Shown: positions 47,901 to 56,697, counted from the first letter of the stretch. The stretch is 64,000 nucleotides of DNA from Antedon mediterranea (GCF_964355755.1 NC_092678.1:25871365-25935364), one strand, 5' to 3'. A program made the numbers and translations. Notes: a model not told the origin generated them from the letters alone.

Positions 47901-48172
47901 GAGATTTCATAAATATGTTTGAAAGAGAACTGGCAGAAGCATGTGAGCTAACTCAACAAGAGTTAGACAAAGCTGCTCATGAACTAATTAAAGACAAACA
48001 GACCGATACAAAACTGCCTTATTTTGATCACTTAGGTGGCTATGAATTACGGGATTATACGCAGCGTTCCCCGTCATCAACTGCACGAAGGAGAAGGCTT
48101 AATTCTGACTCTCCCGACGACAGCTCAAATGATGGACGAGACCCCGACACAGAATATGTAACAACTTTATAA
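5884..48172 (+). CDS. Cav1: L-type voltage-gated calcium channel alpha1 subunit (Cav1; CACNA1C/D/F/S family), 5'-partial, spliced
   Basis: Exons with GT-AG ends and consistent phases: 5884-5999, 6732-6785, 10299-10392, 10496-10656, 11512-11737, 12159-12369, 12900-13020, 13401-13650, 14126-14178, 14442-14598, 16770-16899, 18741-18800, 20001-20107, 22114-22204, 22803-22963, 23281-23427, 23991-24192, 24824-24982, 25188-25298, 25704-25787, 30478-30603, 30759-30824, 30960-31051, 31341-31485, 31694-31821, 32857-32953, 33184-33385, 33516-33643, 33779-33892, 38997-39256, 40616-40807, 44222-44600, 44689-45018, 47864-48172. Motifs: [17 protein letters not shown]; S4 segments; pore glutamates TGEDW/TFEGW/TGEAW; IQ motif [14 protein letters not shown]; KRAISG; C-terminal VTTL PDZ ligand. 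Confidence 0.97.
6732..6785 (+). CDS. Cav1 exon: I-II linker
   Basis: [18 protein letters not shown], cag/gtaagt, phase 1-1. Confidence 0.88.
7763..8254. repeat. Minisatellite, ~53-60 bp x ~9
   Basis: AGGGAATGTGGCCACCTAACCAATAAATGAC... Confidence 0.95.
9669..9704 (+). CDS. Candidate alternative 36-nt Cav1 exon (I-II linker)
   Basis: ACTAAC branch, pyrimidine tract, cag|...AAG|gtatga, phase 1-1, [12 protein letters not shown]; two downstream TGCATG. Confidence 0.6.
10299..10656 (+). CDS. Cav1 exons 10299-10392 and 10496-10656: I-II linker end and IIS1
   Basis: [32 protein letters not shown]. Confidence 0.93.
11143..11480. repeat. Minisatellite, 39 bp x ~8
   Basis: AAAATCATTCCTTTTCTTCCTTCTTTAATTGGTTCAGTT. 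Confidence 0.95.
11512..11737 (+). CDS. Cav1 exon: IIS2-IIS4
   Basis: [14 protein letters not shown]...[16 protein letters not shown]. Confidence 0.95.
12159..12369 (+). CDS. Cav1 exon: IIS5
   Basis: [45 protein letters not shown]. Confidence 0.95.
12900..13020 (+). CDS. Cav1 exon: domain II pore and IIS6
   Basis: [20 protein letters not shown]...[10 protein letters not shown]. Confidence 0.95.
13021..13400 (+). other. U12-type (minor spliceosome) GT-AG intron
   Basis: 5' site GTATCCTTT; branch TTCTTTAAC ~12 nt before AG; no polypyrimidine tract; splits the Tyr codon of GNYILLNV. Confidence 0.9.
13401..13650 (+). CDS. Cav1 exon: IIS6 end and II-III linker
   Basis: [21 protein letters not shown]. 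Confidence 0.95.
14126..14598 (+). CDS. Cav1 exons 14126-14178 and 14442-14598: II-III linker
   Basis: [31 protein letters not shown]; phases consistent. Confidence 0.9.
14631..16679. repeat. Minisatellite, 66 bp x ~31
   Basis: TTTCAGTATCCATGTTTGTTTCCATTCCCCCAGGTTGATTAAAGTGACAGACTCATTCAAAGGGAA. Confidence 0.98.
16770..16899 (+). CDS. Cav1 exon: IIIS1
   Basis: [21 protein letters not shown]. Confidence 0.95.
17138..17300. mobile_element. Short hairpin-type MITE
   Basis: TIR AAGCTCTGTCTACACTATCAAAC / GTTTGATAGTGTAGACAGAACTT plus subterminal complementarity. Confidence 0.8.
18741..18800 (+). CDS. Cav1 exon: IIIS2 (60 nt)
   Basis: [20 protein letters not shown]. Confidence 0.95.
18787..19678. 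repeat. Minisatellite, 37 bp x ~24, containing the exon end and 5' splice site
   Basis: AAAT(C/T)ATGCTAAAG|GTAATTATTACAAATAGACACTC. Confidence 0.98.
19684..19885. mobile_element. PIF/Harbinger-type MITE
   Basis: Imperfect TIR GGCCAACT(A/C)AGACA; TAA target duplication on both sides. Confidence 0.75.
20001..20107 (+). CDS. Cav1 exon: IIIS3
   Basis: [26 protein letters not shown]. Confidence 0.95.
20656..20679 (+). CDS. Candidate 24-nt Cav1 microexon (IIIS3-S4 linker)
   Basis: tttag|...|gtgagt, phase 2-2, open (MRTTYKI). Confidence 0.45.
22114..22204 (+). CDS. Cav1 exon: IIIS4
   Basis: [26 protein letters not shown]. Confidence 0.95.
22310..22800. repeat. Degenerate ~100-150 bp tandem duplication x ~4 of the acceptor region
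   Basis: Recurring ATGATTTTACCCAACTTGGGAAATTACAATCAGTG. Confidence 0.8.
22803..22963 (+). CDS. Cav1 exon: IIIS5
   Basis: [35 protein letters not shown]. Confidence 0.95.
23281..23427 (+). CDS. Cav1 exon: domain III pore
   Basis: [15 protein letters not shown]. Confidence 0.95.
23496..23610 (+). pseudogene. Partial duplicate of the domain III pore exon plus its donor
   Basis: Copy of 23348-23462 with one substitution (GCT>GTT); no upstream acceptor. Confidence 0.85.
23695..23940. repeat. Minisatellite, 30 bp x ~8
   Basis: AATAATTATTAAGCCTATTATAGTAGTTTT. Confidence 0.95.
23991..24192 (+). CDS. Cav1 exon: IIIS6 and III-IV linker
   Basis: [22 protein letters not shown]...[10 protein letters not shown]. 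Confidence 0.95.
24238..24617. mobile_element. PIF/Harbinger-type MITE with internal 23-bp tandem repeat
   Basis: Perfect 16-bp TIR AGCGTGGTTGCCACTA; TAA TSD; ~7 x ACAGAGTATTGATGCAAAGTGCC. Confidence 0.85.
24824..25787 (+). CDS. Cav1 exons 24824-24982, 25188-25298, 25704-25787: IVS1-IVS3
   Basis: [21 protein letters not shown]; [23 protein letters not shown]; [21 protein letters not shown]. Confidence 0.95.
25321..25484. repeat. Minisatellite, ~32 bp x ~5
   Basis: TATGGTTGTCATATACAGTATATAAAGGTTGC. Confidence 0.93.
26449..26457 (+). CDS. Candidate 9-nt Cav1 microexon (IVS3-S4 linker)
   Basis: Pyrimidine/UGC-rich tract, cag|TTTTTATCG|gtaaat, phase 0-0 (FLS). Confidence 0.4.
27815..28428. repeat. 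Minisatellite, ~82 bp x 6, each unit carrying acceptor, 14/15-nt segment and donor
   Basis: TTTTCTGTCCTCTCTGTTTAG|CCTACCCATTGCTG|GTAATT. Confidence 0.93.
27951..28063 (+). mobile_element. Short LINE/SINE 3'-tail fragment inserted into a minisatellite unit
   Basis: Ends GCGCTTTATAAATGTTATTTATTATTATTATT; splits a repeat unit at cct|acccatt. Confidence 0.55.
28798..28830 (+). CDS. Candidate 33-nt alternative Cav1 exon (IVS3-S4 linker, exon-33-like)
   Basis: ttag|[11 protein letters not shown]|gtgaga, phase 0-0; five GCATG motifs downstream. Confidence 0.7.
30478..31821 (+). CDS. Cav1 exons 30478-30603, 30759-30824, 30960-31051, 31341-31485, 31694-31821: IVS4 to EF-hand
   Basis: [32 protein letters not shown]; ALPYVALLI; SATGEAWQ; [27 protein letters not shown]. 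Confidence 0.96.
31842..32730. repeat. Minisatellite, 76 bp x ~12, each with TACTAAC
   Basis: CTGGACTTAGCACCTACATTAGTACCATCTTAATTATGTTTCGTACTAACTCATAAG... Confidence 0.97.
32857..33892 (+). CDS. Cav1 exons 32857-32953, 33184-33385, 33516-33643, 33779-33892: pre-IQ, IQ and proximal C-terminus
   Basis: [19 protein letters not shown]; [19 protein letters not shown]; IQDYFRRF; [19 protein letters not shown]. Confidence 0.96.
34111..34284 (-). repeat. 3' LTR
   Basis: Direct repeat of 38596-38769. Confidence 0.95.
34554..38582 (-). CDS. Gag-Pol polyprotein (two CCHC knuckles, aspartic protease, RT, RNase H, integrase)
   Basis: [46 protein letters not shown] region then VDF...SDNGPQF...AER; PR-RT-RH-IN order; first ATG (MAVKDH) at 38582. 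Confidence 0.96.
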   Translation of the reverse strand: MAVKDHYMPMFEQYNEAENFNCYLERFEIYVEAIGLVLHGEPDADARGNVGARVAAIFLNAIGRKYYGILRDLVSPKAPKDIPYDELKSTLKKHFTKPIITIAERHKFIQRNQRPDEKTSEYIVALKHLSLNCKFGEKLDEQLRDRFISGMRDQNTSLKLMEKAGVAALSFNEAVEVALARESAKDESKYLRESAINIEVHKIGTYSSGGKQGSGERRNMYKSNNDKHKKRNKELKMCNRCGRKSHDQQNCWFKDKKCNVCQNVGHISRVCYKRSQGVRTVEMDDSDSDIETTLPLPIFTTTKSSDAICVNMNVDDRNFQFELDTGSAVTLISEQTYKEHFKYKRLQGSSRTFTSFTGEIVKPLGKISVKVVYESQCHYLFMYVVTNTKHSLLGRDWLNVIKLNWQECFHNNYVNKLECRDALKQLLDKHEGLFKEELGLLKHIKADVLLKGDAKPMVSKAYRVPYALRSDVDTELDRLVNIGVLTPVTHTQWASGIVTVRKKDGSVRLCGNYKPTINPVLQSVAPPNINVDDILSNLAGGETFTKLDLAQAYNQMELSDESKKVLTIITEKGLFQQNRLVFGITSAPAIWQNAMNVILKDLPGVQVYLDDILVTGKDDQEHIGNLERVLVRLQDYGLRLKRGKCEFMKQSVEYLGHCVDKHGVHKSIDKIDHILQMPLPSDITTLRSYLGMVNYYRSFVPRLATILAPLTSMLEKGREFKWTELARNAWVKSKEMLRHSGFLVHYDPNLPLTVATDASGEGVGAVLSHMVNGKERPIKFASRSLNKTERNYPQLEREALAIVYACKKFYSYIYGRKFILITDNKPLTTIFGPKKGLPILAAERIQRWALYLSGFDYNIKFRNSQANANADCLSRLPVEGPPRHSEISVAHIGSSKILPVTSAEIRNNTRRDVILSRVMRYLMDGSWPQSDESLKPYFNRRNELTIEGGCLLWGVRVIIPPKLRQQVLEELHVGHIGVVKMKGLARSHFWWPLLDAQIEETAKKCDSCQRIQNNPTIAPMHPWLPVSNPGERVHVDFAGPFEGLTYLIVVDAFSKWPEVFIMQSTTSHKTIGVLRTLFSRNGLPQVLVSDNGPQFTSGEFKSFMAMNGISHKLSAPYHPSTNGQAERFVQSLKQGLRAARNDSGDPQTKLDRFLLSYRNAEHSLTKETPAKLFMNRSIRTRLDILRPNINDSVRNNLHKAMHKRDRKLRLYETNDLVYVRNYIGQTKWVPGVVVNQEGPLNYKIDVGNKMVWKRHVDQIKDRGVNVDFENKEGEDMDTEYVDKRVEEILSRKTKDNCINDNVKSNDAIEQTKENCINDNVKSNVATKPSVLRRSTRVNDNVL
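38596..38769 (-). repeat. 5' LTR
   Basis: Direct repeat of 34111-34284, adjacent to PBS. Confidence 0.95.
38997..39256 (+). CDS. Cav1 exon: C-terminal tail
   Basis: [12 protein letters not shown]...; phase 0 in, phase 2 out. Confidence 0.85.
39373..39486. repeat. 11-bp tandem repeat x ~10
   Basis: CAGTAGTGGAT. Confidence 0.95.
39641..39661 (+). CDS. Candidate 21-nt Cav1 microexon (C-tail)
   Basis: gagcag|TCTTCGGGACATTTTTCAGCG|gtatgt, phase 2-2 (LRDIFQ); TGCATG at 39699. Confidence 0.5.
40616..40807 (+). CDS. Cav1 exon: acidic C-tail
   Basis: [23 protein letters not shown]; phase 2-2. Confidence 0.82.
42473..43679 (+). CDS. Intronic sense ORF with LINE ORF1p-like coiled coil + RRM and 17-aa repeats (nested gene from ATG 42516, or alternative terminal exon of Cav1)
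   Basis: ~400 open codons; pattern [41 protein letters not shown] resembles the ORF1p/Tnp_22 RRM; Kozak ACAATGG; [17 protein letters not shown]-type repeats. Confidence 0.7.
43924..44060. repeat. 33-bp tandem repeat x 4
   Basis: TAAACTAATCCTTTGCCTTTAAATGGTATAGCA. Confidence 0.93.
44222..45018 (+). CDS. Cav1 exons 44222-44600 and 44689-45018: Ser/Pro-rich distal tail
   Basis: QAMAVAG and STENLVAK match Cav1 distal motifs (ALAVAG, SLVEAV); phases consistent. Confidence 0.88.
45212..45386. mobile_element. Dispersed short TIR element, copy 1
   Basis: CAGGGAAAAATTTC...GAAATTATTGCCTG; similar copy at ~56517-56697. Confidence 0.7.
46216..46561. repeat. 43-bp tandem repeat x 8
   Basis: ATATATATTCAACAGAGTCTGATGTGTATATAGTTGTACACTA. 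Confidence 0.95.
47864..48172 (+). CDS. Cav1 terminal exon (distal C-terminal regulatory region, PDZ ligand)
   Basis: ALYDEGI...[21 protein letters not shown]...YVTTL*. Confidence 0.92.
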   Translation, partial: ALYDEGIAPLVDRDFINMFERELAEACELTQQELDKAAHELIKDKQTDTKLPYFDHLGGYELRDYTQRSPSSTARRRRLNSDSPDDSSNDGRDPDTEYVTTL

Positions 48173-51100
48173 TGACTCGCCATTTATGTAAAACTCTTTT
48201 TTAATTAGATGGCATACTAATTGTATGTTTTTGTTTTTGAAATTTTTGATCAGTAGAAATTATATGAATATAATTTAAATGAGATGAAGGGACTGGCGCA
48301 TGTTGTGATCATGTGAGAGATACTGTCACTTGCACACAAAGCAATTGCAAGTTTTTAATTTTAAGAAGCCTGTCTTTTACCCAAGAAACCTTGCCAGATG
48401 CTTGCAAGTTGCCTAATTTGGTTAAGCTGAAGATTCTTAACATTTGCCGCACTGTGGAAGAACTTTGACAAATATATATGTGTGTGTGTGTGTATTGATA
48501 ATCTCATCTACTGATTGGCTTTTGCTAAGGCTGTAGATTTTGGAAATGATTTTGCTACAAGAATTTACTTCTGCAGGTTTCCTGATAAATCTTTGTTTCA
48601 CAAGTTTTTTCTCGGTTTGCTTTAGCTGGAAGCCTACTTTAGCTGGAATCCTACTTTAGCTGGAATCCTACATTAGCTGGATGCCAATTTAGGTGGAAGC
48701 CTACATACTTTAGTTGGAAGCCTATTTTAGCTGGAAGCCACTAACAGGATTATTTGCTAAAATATTACCTTGTTGACAAGGTGTATGATGAACGTAACTT
48801 TGAGCTATTTTTGTCTTGAAATCTTTTAAAGCTGTTTAACAATCTTAAAAGAGGTCAAGAGGTCAAATTGCTATGTCATTATGCAGGTCATATGGCATTA
48901 TTTAATTTAAATAAATTGCATTATTTGCGATTTTGTTCAAAATGTTTCTACGGTTTAATTGAATTGCAGAAAGTTTGTTTAATTATAAACTTATTTTTAC
49001 AAGTATTAATTATTGTACTTACAACAAATGTAAGTACATATATACATATATATATATTTGACTGAAATTTAGATATTATAAATAACATTTTTATTACTAA
49101 AGTAGACAGAGTATAAAAATATAGAACTATTTAATAGTAATGATTATATATTGCAATATTATTCAATTTTCTGACAACTAATCTAGAATTGATCATAGTG
49201 TGTCACAAGGGATAAATGTATACCTAGAAGTGTTAACAATCATTTCGCTGATGTATGTCATGAGAGTAAGCCTATACAACTTCCTGTACACAAGAAGGGA
49301 GATGAAACCTGTAACTTCTAAATATTTTAAGCATACTGAGGGCATACATGCTGCCTTTGATAACAAGGCTAGTAATTTAATTGATGGATTTAATGTAGCA
49401 ACATACTAAGCCAAAATCACACTCTTAAAATCTTTGTTGGATAACAAAAAATTAGATATGAAGAGAGTCTAAAATTTAAAATTATGTTTAATATCTGAAA
49501 TGTCACCTAGCAATACTGTTTGCTGCAACATCAGCAGCAACTTTGTAATGTCACCTAACAATACTGTTTGCTGCAACATCAGCAGCAACTTTGTGACAAT
49601 TCAACATCAGCAGCAACTTTGTGACAATTTTGTTAATTTTCATGAAAAGCAAACATAATTTAGCTTTTTTATTCATACATCCCAAAATAATGCATTTTAT
49701 AGATGCCATTTGGCATCAAGATTCTTATGATCAGATTCATACATCCCAAAATAATCCATTTTATAGATGCCATTTGGCATCAAGATTCTTATGATCAGAT
49801 TCTTACATCCCAAAATAATGCATTTTATAGATGTCATTTGGCATCAAGATTCTTATGATCAGATTCTTACTTTTTGAACGCATTAATGTTATTATTGCAC
49901 ACGATTATCTTTGTTGAAAGCCAAAGTTTAAAAAGAAACAAGTCTTTTGTTTATATAAATAGTGTTAATTGAAAGATTAAGTTATGCAAATTTTTATTTC
50001 ACATATACTTATATTAATTTTCTAGAGATATTTTATAAAGAGTGCTCATTTATTTATTGTTTGCCTGTTTTCAGTTTCATAAGAGAATATTTTGCTTTGG
50101 TTTTTAAAAACAAGATCTATCTTTGGAAGTTGTACCTAAACATTTCTAACTGTAAACCGTAAATTGTTGGAAAGAATTGGCTTGTATACCTTACCAGGTG
50201 CTAATGTCATTAACTTCCAAATTGATTTACAGTTGATATTTTTAGAATCATAATTATTTTATTTATTATTTATTTTGGGATATGAAAATCATTTATTCAA
50301 TTTTAAGCATGACAACTTGGGTTCAATATTTATAGTATGCAATTTTGTTGTTAAAAATGAGAATGAATGGTAGACATGTTAACCGTGGCTGCTTCAGTGT
50401 TTAGCTTCTGCTAGTCACGGTGCCTAGAATGAGAATGAATGGTAGACATGTTAACCGTGGCTGCTTCAGTGTTTAGCTTCTGCTAGTGGTGCCTAGAACT
50501 ATACATTATTATTATTATTATTATTTTATATTTATTATTATATTTCAACTGCTTTCTTCTATCTATCCAGTGGCAAGTCTTTCTTTTAATATTTTCTAAT
50601 TGATTTAGGTAAATTTGGCTAATTTTACTAGCCTTAATAGAATGACACATTTTTATAATTGACTTGTACAAATTTATATTAAATTATTATTATAGTGTAA
50701 TTATGAAAAGCTGTACATGGTCTCATCAGTGTAGGCTACACTAGGTCAATTATTCTATTACCAATTATAAATAGTTTATGGCACTTAATCCACTAAGATC
50801 TTGCTTGAACTATGGTAGCTGTTACTTAAACCATAGGTTAATATAAATTACATTTTTTTTGGTGAAGAATAATGATAAATACATTTTATAAAATATTTCT
50901 TACCTCAAATATAATGACCTAAACATTTTACGTAAATTTTCAGTCTGTATTTTAAATGTGTAATATTTATTTATGACATATAGCGTGCTCTTTCTGCATA
51001 TTAGAAAGACAAACCAGTAGCTTGAAATAGAAATCCACCTTGAACAGCATTTTGATATTTGTATTTTATTTAATTTGTTTCACATTTTGTAAAGATATTA

Positions 51101-52079
51101 TTCATTTCATGTTAACAAGGTGCTTATTATAAAAAGCAGCTAAAAATGATAGTTAAACAGTAAATCATGTTTGAAGTAGCTGCTCTAAAAACTACCGGAC
51201 TTAAGTCAGCAAAATGAATATAAGTACAGTTTTGTAATTGGTCCTGGGGTAAAATCTTATATCAGTCAGTCATCATTATTTCATAATAGTATTTGAAACT
51301 ACTGTATTGTATGACAATTCTTGAAGATTGGTTTAACACCAGAACATCTTTTATTTCATTTCTAATGGAGGTTTACCATGTACCGACATCAAAAAGATTA
51401 TTATTACATTATATATTTTCCAGAAACAATTTTGTGGGAGTTGATCCTGTTTTCTATTACCACTGAAATAACCGGAAATCAGTTTAATAAAAAAAAAAAA
51501 GAATTGTGGATTGTATGCAAAACAGTAAAAGTCCAACAGATAAAAAATGCTTTTTGTAAAAACACACAATAATAATTTACATTTTTTCTCCCATAGCAAA
51601 TGTCTACTTGGTTTTAGTTTTTTAGTGAAATGTCTTGTGTTGAGGTGATAGTAGCTGAATATATACTTATTTAATGTACATCCATTGGACTGTTGTTAAT
51701 AAATTATTATGTGAAGATTGAATACTAAACTCTACATGATTTCTATTTATTTATATGCATGTAGTAAACACAGGAAAATAACATTTAAAATGCCACTACA
51801 ACCCATCATGATGGTATACTGGAGGTTGGGTATAAAAACATTATTTCCATTATTGCCATAAAAAAGGCAATCAATAAAAGTATGACGAATGAGGGCGTAC
51901 TATATTTGTGGAAGGCCATTTTTATATGGAAATTTATAAACACATATCTATAAATATATTAGTTTATATTTAAATATATTTATATATTATTTATTTCATT
52001 ATATATTTTGTTGTAAACTATACTTAAATTATGCCATAAATAGTTAATTACCATAGGTTTTATACCTTTATTAATATAT

Positions 52080-52420
52080 TTGTTTACGGGCGCTAACGGC
52101 GTATCGTAATTTCGGTCACGCTTCGTCGCATTCGCAGTAAACATGAGGAATCTAAATATAAGGTGGGTAAAGATTGCGTATAAAACTCTAATTTACTCGT
52201 TAACTCCCAGATATATTCTGAACATACTGTGTGAATTTCATTAGGGTACAAGCTTATGCCACGGTGAAGGTGATTTTTACTGTTTGAAGTAGGACTAGCT
52301 AGCTAGTAGTAGTAGGCTAGGCCTAGCGTAGCGACATGTTCGTGTACATTGCGAAATATTTTACGCGTAATCCCTACTATAGGCCTAGACGCTTTCTATT
52401 CTAGGTGGTGCGAAAGTGCA
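52080..52420 (+). promoter_or_regulatory. Probable promoter/5' UTR region of the HemK gene
   Basis: Local CpG enrichment in an AT-rich background, TAGGCCTA motifs, upstream of acceptor 52526 and ATG 52571. Confidence 0.4.
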
Positions 52421-52570
52421 GTAATACTGAGGAGGTAGGAAAGAATACAAAATGGGTATATAACAATGTATTGGATGAATTCGTACAGTAATAAACAATA
52501 CATATTTCTTTATAATTATTTTTCAGAAGGACGAATGATCCCATTTTAAAATGAATGACTAGCAACAACC

Positions 52571-54862
52571 ATGCAGAAATTATTCTTTAGTAGGACATTA
52601 TGTAGACGCTGTTGTTACTTTATATTCGGTGGTAACCATAAACATGTCTACCCTTCTACATTGTTGCTGGATGCTGAGAATAGATCTCTTAATTCTAACG
52701 AAAGTCATCCATGTACACCAAAGTCATTGATTCAACATTGGACAGCAATATTAAAGAGTAAATTTGTCCCAGATTATGAACATGATGTTAAAGCCATTGT
52801 ATTGCATACACTCAAGGGGACAGCCAGTGATCATATCCTGGATGAAGGCATTAACAATAGAAATGTAACTTAAATACAGTAGAATGTTTGTATTGTTGTT
52901 TTGGCTGCAATAGCAACCTCTACTGCTTCTACTATCTACTTAGCTTGGCTGCAATAGCAACCTCTACTGCTTCTACTATCTACTTAGCTGCTGCTTTGAA
53001 ATACATACAATGCGTCGCCCATTCTAAAACACAATTTAAATTGATTGGAAAGTTTGATTTGTATATTTTGTAGGTTTCTCTTCATAAGAAGTATGAACAG
53101 CAGATCTCTGTTGACTTGATATCTGAAATCAACAAGTTATGCAACAAAAGGGCTAATAGGTAGGTTAAATACAAATAAAATAAAAACTAATGTTATGCAA
53201 CAAAAGGGCTAATAGGTAGGTTAAATACAAATAAAATAAAAACTAATAACATATTTTTTGAAATAATAATACAAACAGTATAAACTGAACATACTTGTTG
53301 ATGAATACAGCTACCGGTATATATTCAATTAGATGCACTAATTAGAACGGTTGATTGTCAAACACGTTTCAACGACGGTCAAAATCGAAACGCGTTCTTG
53401 TCGTTTGAAATAATTTACCGAAGGCGCCTAATAACATTATTTATATATATACACAGTATAATTATTTTGTTTAGTAATACATTCGTTATAATATGCTGAA
53501 CAAACTTGTTGATGAATACAGCTACCGGTAACAACATTATTTATATATATACAGTATAATTATTTTGTTTAGTAATACATTCGTTATAATATGCTGAACA
53601 TACTTTTTGATCATTCTTGCTTACTAGGATGCCGCTACAGTATGTGATAGGTGAATGGGATTTCCGAGAATTGACGCTGACGATGGCGCCACCTGTGTTT
53701 ATTCCTCGGCCAGAAACTGAGGTACGATTGTTTTTGCTGCTGCAGCAGTTTATGTTCTCTGAAACTGTATACCAATTTGTATGATGTACTTAACATTTTA
53801 TGTGTCACCTTAAATTAGGTTCTGGTTGACCAGATCAAAGATTACCAACTGACAAAAGTGAATAATGACAACATGAGTTTCTTAGAGATTGGTTGTGGTT
53901 CAGGAGCCATTTCATTGTCACTCTTACAGGAGTTTCCAAATGTAAAGTTTAGTTTTTTCATTTTTATTATAAAAATGTATTTATGAAACCCTTCCAACTA
54001 AACAATTTTTGATGTTCTTTAATTAATTTTCAATTTCTAGGCATCTGCTGTCGCGATTGATTCTAGCAATGACGCAGTCAAACTGACACTTGAAAATTGT
54101 AAAAGGTAAGGTAAAAATAATCATAATATATTATAACAATACATTAGTAATACAGTACATTGATGTTAATTATTGTTTTCAGATACCATTGTGCTGATAG
54201 GTTACGTGTATACCAACATCATCTTGGTACTATCTACCCAGAATTTCTGTTATCACTTCCAAAATTTGATTTTATTGTCAGTAATCCTCCTTATGTCTTC
54301 ACTGATGATATGGATAAGTTACAGCCAGAAATATCAAGGTAAATGATGTTGATATTTTTCATTAGTATGATTGCAAGAGTGTGGATAAAAACATTTCAGC
54401 ATGATGTATTGCCTTTACTTGCTGTAGTAGATAGTAAATAAATTAAATAATCATTGCTAATACATTGATTTCATGATTTTTATCCATCAAGATATGAAGA
54501 CCATAGTGCTCTTGACGGTGGCATTGATGGTTTGAACGTAATCAAAAGAATTATACATTTGGCTAGGTTTGTACTTAAGCCATCAGGAGTGATATGGTTT
54601 GAGACAGATAGCAAACACCCGCAGATGATCAAGAACTGGTTAGAAAAACAGCCACAAATGAATGTTAAATATATTACAAGTTTTACAGATTTTAATGAAA
54701 GGTATGTATCATTGTTTTAATGTGATCAGTTTAGTTCTTTTTAGTTTTTGTATTGAAAGATTTGTAGTATTGATTTAGTTATTTTCTCTTTTTATCTTCA
54801 GGCCTAGATTTGTGCAACTGTGCTATAAACCAGCATTTGTACATGCTGCTACCAACTCTTAA
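52571..54862 (+). CDS. HEMK1: HemK/PrmC-family N5-glutamine methyltransferase (mitochondrial release factor methylase), ~362 aa
   Basis: Exons 52571-52864, 53074-53159, 53628-53721, 53819-53941, 54041-54105, 54183-54338, 54492-54701, 54802-54862; motifs [49 protein letters not shown]; AATAAA near 54948. Confidence 0.93.
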
Positions 54863-55649
54863 AGTCATCAATTTGACTGCTCTAGCTTATCACAAACATT
54901 ATGTCCAGTGACACAGATTAAGAGGCAGCTCAATTGGAACATCATTGAATAAAAGAATATAATATGAGCAGGGAGTTGTTATAACTCCCTGATATGAGTA
55001 ATAATAAGCGTAAGGATAACATGTGTGACAACTGTATGCTAGCAAAACTGATTTCCTTAGTAACACCTTTGATTAACCCATTATGGTACTGTGTTTAATA
55101 TTATGTGAAGGTGTCAGATGCACTTATGAAGCAATTATTCTGAAAGAGGAAAATCAATTTTAAAAGCATTTGCTTCATGGTTGAATGGTTAGTCAATGGT
55201 TATGAGAGAAACCATCCCCTTTGTTCAAATGATTACCCTGCGTGTATAAGCAGTAAAACAAGTCATGTCTATCAATTATCTTGTATAAACTGATATGAGC
55301 AGCTTTTAGACTTGATCTGGAAATCAGGTTAAAAAACGAACAATGGTGGATGGGTGGTGGTGGTGCTATGTAAAAAGAAATAGTAAGATAGACTTCGGGC
55401 AAGAGGCAGCTGTTTTTCAGCCTTCATTGTTTTTTATATAGAATTTATTATTCTTTATTAAAGTAATACAAAGAAAAACATATTGGAATTCGAGTGTCTG
55501 TCCTCTGGCTGAGGTTGTTATCGATCGTTATGAATATCTAACTCATCTTTAATGCAAATTTATGTTCTATTAATTTATCAATTAATGTAATTTACATTTT
55601 CTACTCAAATAAAATTTAAAAATAAAATCATGATTGTGACGTTTTTAAT

Positions 55650-56100
55650 CAATAACGCGTTACAGTGTCACAGTTGACGCGAATTTCTTCAGCATCAATC
55701 AATAGAGGGCGATCATCAATGAAAACAACAGCAGAACGCGCGAGATCGACCACAAAAAGAGAAGTGTGTTGTTGTTTCTCAGAATAAAAAAGTGGATTTA
55801 CTTCATCTTTTAAGTATATTTCATTGGTAATGTAGACATCTATGAATTAAATATTTAAGAAAAATTGAGTGTATAGTAACTACGCTAAGGATCTATAAAT
55901 TTAAGGAGAGTATTTGATGGTTTCAGTATCGATAGTGTTTCCGTGTCTAGTTAGGCCACCAATGTAGACACTTTGTTTTTCCTGTCAACCCCGCCTTGTC
56001 AGCAGTGGAGCGGAAGTCTATTCACATACAAACAACGACGATATCTCGTTGCATGCCGATCGGCGGTGGTACAACAATGGTACAGTATTTGAACTCTTTA
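55650..56100 (+). promoter_or_regulatory. Probable promoter/non-coding first exon of the MATH-domain gene
   Basis: CpG-enriched stretch; an acceptor at 56830 just before the ATG implies an upstream UTR exon. Confidence 0.35.
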
Positions 56101-56516
56101 TATTAGTGAAATATTATTCTGCTTACTAACTTAATCTAAATTTAGCTTCCACTACATAAGTATAAGGAAGAGTAGAGAGAGTAGTCATAATAAAAGTAGG
56201 CCTAGGCCTAGTATTTTTTTAACTTTTAGTAGTTTTAAATTTTAGTAGTACAAAAGGCCAACAAAACAGTTGTATTGTAGTCCCGTATTGTATAGTTAAA
56301 AAAGTCAAATTTCCTTGTTTACAATCACGGAGAGGGAGTTGTAAATTCGCAGCCCCCTCCCTAGCTAGGCCTAGAGTAGATGATATATATTATAATATAC
56401 TGACAGTATATTAAAAAGTATGTAATGATAAATTGATAATAATCAACAATAATGCAGTCACTTTATTTTACTTTTATCATCAGTTTGTGGATGATCAATT
56501 TATTTTTAACAAACAA

Positions 56517-56697
56517 AGGGAAAAATTTCATCTTACAATTTTGTTTAGCAATATTGCTAATAAAACTGATTTTTTGAGTCGAGAAACATAGTTTTCTATA
56601 GTATATTTTGCTACACAATTGTAGAAATGTGTAGCAAGAAGGTTGTTTTGTATAGCTTTTTGCTATGCTACAGCCTACACTGGCGAAATTATTCCCT
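56517..56697. mobile_element. Dispersed short TIR element, copy 2
   Basis: Highly similar to 45212-45386. Confidence 0.7.

Noticed and set aside
48173-51720. Short ORFs and small duplications downstream of the Cav1 stop
   Set aside because: AT-rich probable 3' UTR/intergenic sequence with no coding signature
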